Source: an uncultured Pseudomonadota bacterium (GTDB lineage: Bacteria > Pseudomonadota > Gammaproteobacteria > Steroidobacterales > Steroidobacteraceae). Taken from it: a DNA stretch of 64,000 nucleotides. Each line of letters opens with the position of its first letter. Position 1 is the first letter of the stretch. Where the stretch lies: positions 428 through 64,427 of the forward strand of contig CAILZL010000028.1 in assembly GCA_903838705.1 (NCBI GenBank), written 5' to 3'. Of this stretch, positions 59,667 to 64,000 are shown piece by piece. A program made the position numbers and the translations under genes. A model generated the notes under the pieces. The model made no database searches. It was given only the letters and a program-made list of their open reading frames with translations, and was not told where the DNA came from.

Positions 59667-61052
59667 TCAGGTACCCGGCATCCGGACAGTCACGCACGCA
59701 CCGCCGAGATCTGAACCAGTTATTTCAACGCTGCCACGATACAGCTCGGCCAGTTCACGCACCACAGACAATCCGATACCCTGCCCCATCGGCCGCTCAT
59801 CCAGACGGGCACCTCGCGTCAGCACCATATGACGCTTATCCACATCAATGCCCGGACCATCGTCTTCGACAACGATCATCACTCCGGCAGGACGCGCACC
59901 CGGCACAAGCATCTGACGGATAGCAACTCTCACCTGTCCATGGCAATACTTGAATGCGTTATCGAGCAGGTTACCAATCAGCTCCATCAAATCACCTTTA
60001 TCGGCCATCAATTCGCACTCGTCTGAAACATCAACTGTGCAGACAACATGACGCTCTGAATATACTTTCTGTAATGCCTGTTTTATGGGTAGCACAACTT
60101 CATTCAGTCTTACCGGCGTTGCACCCATAGACATACCCGCAGATGCAGCGGCTCGCTTCAGCTGGTAACGCACGATCTGATCCATACGGCCGACCTGTTC
60201 ATCCATCTGGCGCGCGGCATCCAGATACTTCAACTCAGGCGTTGACAGCAGATTACGAATCACAGCCAGAGGCGTTTTGAGACTATGTGCCAGATTTCCC
60301 AGCGTATCGCGGTACCTGCCCATACGCTCACGCTCACTGCGCAACAATGCATTCATGTTTGCAGTCACACCGATCAATTCACGCGGATAACCCGCTCCCA
60401 GTTCTGCCAGCTTGCCGGATTCGATACCTTCTATTTCAGCTTCGATCCTGCGCAAGGGTTTGAGCACGTTTCTGAACAGCACTGCAAACGCCGCAAGCAA
60501 CAGCAGGCTCATGGCAGCAAATCCACCAAATAGACGGATACGAAAACTACTTAACTGCTGATAATACTGCTCCATGCTCTCTGCAACGCTGTACACCACG
60601 CTTTGTACATGGCCATCCGCAAACTGCCAGTCAAGTGCCACACTCAGTGCCAGCACACGGGTTCCGTTTTCCATACGGCGCTCACCGAATTCACGTACTC
60701 CGGGTTTTAGGTTGGTAACAAAATCAAGCTTGGTACCGAGCAATGAAGGTGATCGCCAGAATACGTTTCCTGAGTTATTGGCAATCTGTCCGTAAAGACC
60801 GGAATTCGGACCCAGGTAGCGGCTATCCAGCAACTGGGTTGCTGCACTCAGTTTTTCATCATGCTCTTCTGCCGCAGCCATCAGGACCAGAGTCTGTATA
60901 TCAAGGCGATCGCTGATTGCCTGCCGGCTCTCGTCACGAAATAGTTTATCGAGCGCAATCGTCGTGATGCCAAAGAACACAGCCAGCAACAGTGTAACTG
61001 TGACCAATAAGCGTGTACTGAGTGAATTGTTGAACATGCCTGGCCTGGACAC
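59667..61052 (-). CDS. Two-component sensor histidine kinase (PhoQ-like topology)
   Basis: It has two TMs flanking a periplasmic domain, a HAMP domain, the H-box LAHSLKTPLAVI, the N-box LLDNAFKY, G1 DDGPGI and G2 GQGIGLSVV. Confidence 0.85.
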   Translation of the reverse strand: MSRPGMFNNSLSTRLLVTVTLLLAVFFGITTIALDKLFRDESRQAISDRLDIQTLVLMAAAEEHDEKLSAATQLLDSRYLGPNSGLYGQIANNSGNVFWRSPSLLGTKLDFVTNLKPGVREFGERRMENGTRVLALSVALDWQFADGHVQSVVYSVAESMEQYYQQLSSFRIRLFGGFAAMSLLLLAAFAVLFRNVLKPLRRIEAEIEGIESGKLAELGAGYPRELIGVTANMNALLRSERERMGRYRDTLGNLAHSLKTPLAVIRNLLSTPELKYLDAARQMDEQVGRMDQIVRYQLKRAAASAGMSMGATPVRLNEVVLPIKQALQKVYSERHVVCTVDVSDECELMADKGDLMELIGNLLDNAFKYCHGQVRVAIRQMLVPGARPAGVMIVVEDDGPGIDVDKRHMVLTRGARLDERPMGQGIGLSVVRELAELYRGSVEITGSDLGGACVTVRMPGT

Positions 61053-61149
61053 CTTGATAGATCGAACTGCCTGGCAGTTGCAGGCCCGCTTATTGTAAGT
61101 CGGTGGCGAACAAGGTGCTTGCCAGACCAGCGCAGACTATTTTCAGAGG

Positions 61150-61848
61150 TCAGGTGGAACCCAGCTGAGCGGCCTTTCGTTCGAGTGTGAAACGATACCC
61201 ACGACCACGCAGGGTTTCGATTGGCCTGTAGGTATCTTCGGGGTCCAGCTTACGACGCAGCCGGCCTATAAACACTTCAATGGTATTGCTCTCGCGATCA
61301 TAGTCCTGCGCATACAGACGTTCGATCAAATCTGTCTTGGAGACGATTTCACCCGCACGGTACATCAGATGTTCCAGTACCAGATATTCGAACCCGGTCA
61401 GCTCCACCGAAGTCCCAGACACAGTGACAGTTTGCGTGCGGGTATCTAGCGCGATGGGGCCCGCCTGCATCACTGACTGAGTCCATCCGGTAGCACGTCT
61501 CAACAGCGCCTGGACACGTGCCAGTACTTCCGGAAAATGAAATGGCTTGACCACATAGTCATCTGCCCCCGCCTGCAACCCTTCAACCTTGTCCTGCCAC
61601 TGATCTCTGGCGGTCAGTATCAGAACCGGAAAGGACTTGCCTTCTGCACGCAAGCGCCTGATCACTTCCATACCGGGCAATTTAGGTAAGCCAAGATCAA
61701 TAATGGCCAGATCGAGTGGGTATTCCCGACCACAATACATCGCCTCCTCACCATCAGCAGCGCTATCAACATTGAAACCAGCAGCGGAGAACTGTGTTAC
61801 CAGCGATGAGCGTAATGCGCTATCGTCTTCGACAATGAGGATTCTCAT
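61150..61848 (-). CDS. OmpR/PhoB-family response regulator (PhoP-like)
   Basis: It has a receiver domain (MRILIVEDD, DLAIIDLGLP, KPF) and a winged-helix output (IEVFIGRLRRKL...ETLRGRGYRF). Confidence 0.9.
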   Translation of the reverse strand: MRILIVEDDSALRSSLVTQFSAAGFNVDSAADGEEAMYCGREYPLDLAIIDLGLPKLPGMEVIRRLRAEGKSFPVLILTARDQWQDKVEGLQAGADDYVVKPFHFPEVLARVQALLRRATGWTQSVMQAGPIALDTRTQTVTVSGTSVELTGFEYLVLEHLMYRAGEIVSKTDLIERLYAQDYDRESNTIEVFIGRLRRKLDPEDTYRPIETLRGRGYRFTLERKAAQLGST

Positions 61849-61893
61849 CTGACTTGTCGCCTGCCTGAATCTCTCATATCACTCAATATGCAA

Positions 61894-62340
61894 TCACTTG
61901 ATTTGACCCGTGGCTGAATCCACATCCACAGTCCATACTTTCGACTTATCAGCGCTCATCAACCGGATGCGGTACACCACCTGTCCTTCTTGCGTTACAG
62001 AGTCTGTCTTCACTGCGGTTGCCTTGAAGCGTGACTGAACCATAGATACCACATCGTTAAGAGGTAGATGTCTTTGGCCACCACCTGCCCGCTCAGGCAT
62101 TCCTGCCGGAGGCGAACTCGGTAACTGCGGGCGATTACTGCGCTGCCCGGGTGCATTTTTTACTTCAGGTGGATGTCCGAACCCACCACCTGACATACCG
62201 GGACCTCCCGGTCGCCCTGGCCCGGCCGCACCGGGATTTCCACCATGCAGCCCAGGTCGTTGCGCATGACTGCTGGCACTGATGCCCATTAACAGGCACA
62301 GCAGGCAGGCAACCATAGATTGATGGGCTTTATGAGTCAT
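61894..62340 (-). CDS. Secreted PepSY-domain protein with a Gly/Pro-rich spacer
   Basis: It has a signal peptide, a G/P-rich low-complexity stretch, and a C-terminal PepSY-like segment VVSMVQSRFKA...VYRIRLMS.D.KVWTVDVDSATGQI. Confidence 0.7.
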   Translation of the reverse strand: MTHKAHQSMVACLLCLLMGISASSHAQRPGLHGGNPGAAGPGRPGGPGMSGGGFGHPPEVKNAPGQRSNRPQLPSSPPAGMPERAGGGQRHLPLNDVVSMVQSRFKATAVKTDSVTQEGQVVYRIRLMSADKSKVWTVDVDSATGQIK

Positions 62341-62397
62341 GCTGGCGCCAGTTTATCAAGTTCAAACCTGATCAACTGTTGCTTGTGCGGATCATTA

Positions 62398-62973
62398 TTA
62401 GCGCACCACTTCCAGTTCAACGCCGACCCGCACCTGTACCTGCCTGCCCGGGTCATAGGACATCACCGTACTGTATTGACGCCCCTGATAAACGTAGGTG
62501 ACACGATAACCATCAACCCGCTGCTCCCAATCGCCTGAACTGTGCGACTCACACCGCTCCACACTGCGAGTTTCAACTCGACTATCACGTGCTGCGGCGT
62601 CACTACCCACCGACGCTCCGAGCACGGCACCTGCCACAGTGGTGATGCCACGAGAAGGACCGTTGCCGATCTGATGACCGATCACACCGCCAATAATGGC
62701 ACCCAGTACCGTCGGGGTCGCGCTGCGCTGTACAGCAACTTCATGATCCTCGTACCAGCAGTCGCGTCGTGGTGAGGACACGGCCACACGGGTAATGATG
62801 GGATCCACATCAACCACACGGGCATAGTCGTAGCGCACAACCGGTTCGCGCTCCACTTCCCGGTTCCAGCGGCTGTTGGACCACTGCGGGGTATGGGCTG
62901 AGGCAATGCTCGCAGCCACCAGACCCAGGCCGATGACGGAACTGCGAATAATGGACTCAAGCTTGGCATTCAT
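62398..62973 (-). CDS. Glycine-zipper 2TM (SlyB/17-kDa-antigen-like) outer-membrane-associated protein
   Basis: The ATG at 62973 is preceded by GGAGA. It has a signal peptide and the glycine zipper GAIIGGVIGHQIGNG...VAGAVLGASVG. The ORF opens at 63030. Confidence 0.7.
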   Translation of the reverse strand: MNAKLESIIRSSVIGLGLVAASIASAHTPQWSNSRWNREVEREPVVRYDYARVVDVDPIITRVAVSSPRRDCWYEDHEVAVQRSATPTVLGAIIGGVIGHQIGNGPSRGITTVAGAVLGASVGSDAAARDSRVETRSVERCESHSSGDWEQRVDGYRVTYVYQGRQYSTVMSYDPGRQVQVRVGVELEVVR

Positions 62974-63215
62974 GATCGTCTCCTGATTGACCGTATTACA
63001 TAAACCGGCTCGTTTGAGCCTGATGATCACTTTAGCGGGACACCAATGAACGATTCCTGAATGAAATTAAACTGGACGTCAGTGCTTATGGATCAGCCAT
63101 TTAGACATTCCAAAGTCATTTGCTGCCCAAGCTGCCCAGCCGCTAGAATGCGCGCCCTGATTAAACCGACCCACCGCCTGAAATTGTGTGTTTCCGGCAG
63201 GTATTGGAGCATCGT

Positions 63216-63968
63216 GTGAGCAAAATTCTGGTTTGCATCAAACGGGTAATCGACTACAACGTGCGCATTCGCGTCAAACCCGATGGCAGCGGCATCGTTA
63301 CCGATGGCGTGAAAATGAGCATCAACCCGTTTGATGAAATCGCGCTTGAAGAAGCCGTGCGTCTGAAAGAACGAGGCATCGCCAGCGAGGTCATTGTGGT
63401 TTCGCTGGGTCCGACTGAGACGCAACAGCAACTGCGCGTCGGCCTGGCAATGGGAGCGGATCGTGCAATTCTCATCCAGCACGATACAGCTGTTGAACCC
63501 GTGACTGTTGCACGTGCGTTCCTGAAAGTCGTCGAGCAGGAAGCCCCACTGCTAGTCATTACCGGCAAACAGGCCATTGATGACGACAATGCGCAGACAG
63601 GCCAGATGCTGGCTGCATTGTGGAACCGGCCGCAAGCCTGCTTTGCTTCCAGACTGGAAATCAATGGCAACAGTGCTCTGGTTACCCGCGAAGTGGATGA
63701 CGGTATGGAAACCCTCGAAGTCGATCTGCCGGCGGTGGTTACGACCGACCTGCGCCTGAATGAACCCCGCTATGTGAAACTGCCGGAAATCATGAAGGCC
63801 AAGAAAAAGCAGCTGGATGTGCTGATGCTGAATGACATGGGCGTCCCGGTCAGCCAGCAATTCACCACTCTGAAAGTCAGCCCTCCGCCGGTGCGCCAGA
63901 AGGGTGTACTGGTTAAAGATGCAAAAGAACTTATTGATCAGTTGAAACTGAAGGGAGTACTGCAATGA
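63216..63968 (+). CDS. etfB: Electron transfer flavoprotein beta subunit
   Basis: From the GTG at 63216 (GGAG upstream) it reads KILVCIKRVIDYNVRIRVK, INPFDEIALEEAVRLKE and ITGKQAIDDDNAQTGQMLA. Confidence 0.9.
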   Translation: MSKILVCIKRVIDYNVRIRVKPDGSGIVTDGVKMSINPFDEIALEEAVRLKERGIASEVIVVSLGPTETQQQLRVGLAMGADRAILIQHDTAVEPVTVARAFLKVVEQEAPLLVITGKQAIDDDNAQTGQMLAALWNRPQACFASRLEINGNSALVTREVDDGMETLEVDLPAVVTTDLRLNEPRYVKLPEIMKAKKKQLDVLMLNDMGVPVSQQFTTLKVSPPPVRQKGVLVKDAKELIDQLKLKGVLQ

Positions 63969-64000
63969 TGCGCATACTCGTCATTGCCGAACATGCTCAC
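63965..64000 (+). CDS. etfA: Electron transfer flavoprotein alpha subunit, 5' fragment cut by the window edge
   Basis: The ATGA overlap with the etfB stop begins MMRILVIAEHAH, a typical EtfA N-terminus. Only 12 codons are visible. Confidence 0.6.
   Translation, partial: MMRILVIAEHAH

Noticed and set aside
1-64000. Search for CRISPR arrays, rRNA genes, tandem intergenic repeats, intact integrases or prophage genes
   Set aside because: I saw no regularly spaced direct repeats, rRNA-like sequence, or integrase, terminase or capsid-like ORFs on either strand. Intergenic regions are short except at the two accessory loci.

Overview
This window looks like a gammaproteobacterial chromosome segment of mid GC content; I cannot name the taxon. 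Most of it is conserved housekeeping backbone, read mainly on the minus strand.

Backbone content, in order:
- orn, an M48 peptidase, rsgA, rhlE, uspA, a PAS-GGDEF-like protein, nagZ and rlmD.
- The supercluster rpoE-rseA-rseB-(glutaredoxin-like)-lepA-lepB-DUF4845-rnc-era-recO-pdxJ-acpS.
- A complete sdhCDAB operon flanked by the assembly-factor genes DUF1674 and sdhE, plus ygfX, with ygfZ divergent.
- lysS, prfB (with its classic +1 frameshift site, which I reconstructed by hand) and recJ.
- A lol lipoprotein-release operon, then mfd, trhO, an archaeal/eukaryote-type proS and hrpA.
- A PhoPQ-like two-component pair with PepSY and glycine-zipper envelope proteins, and the start of etfBA.

Two regions look accessory:
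- **1-7.1 kb:** a 2003-aa secreted protein next to tRNA-Arg(CCT), tRNA-Ala(CGC) and a degenerate tRNA-Arg copy. The protein combines about a dozen Cys-bracketed Ig-like repeats, two DUF1566/Lcl-like modules, a Ser-rich linker and a purple-acid-phosphatase-like metallophosphoesterase.
- **43.2-49.7 kb:** a single-gene island wedged into the normally contiguous lol-mfd neighbourhood. On its left is a truncated, stop-riddled IS3-family transposase remnant.

The island's only intact gene encodes an 1817-aa protein with four parts:
- a DUF4011-like N-terminus;
- a Upf1-like SF1 helicase whose Walker A and Walker B motifs are separated by about 925 aa;
- a Vsr/DUF559-like PD-(D/E)xK nuclease;
- an unexpected GreA/GreB-C-terminal-like tail.

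This is my best candidate for a poorly described defence or genome-surveillance system, Hhe-like with a possible RNA-polymerase-binding module. I saw no CRISPR array, rRNA or intact prophage. All domain calls come from motif recognition by eye and need HMM or structure confirmation.
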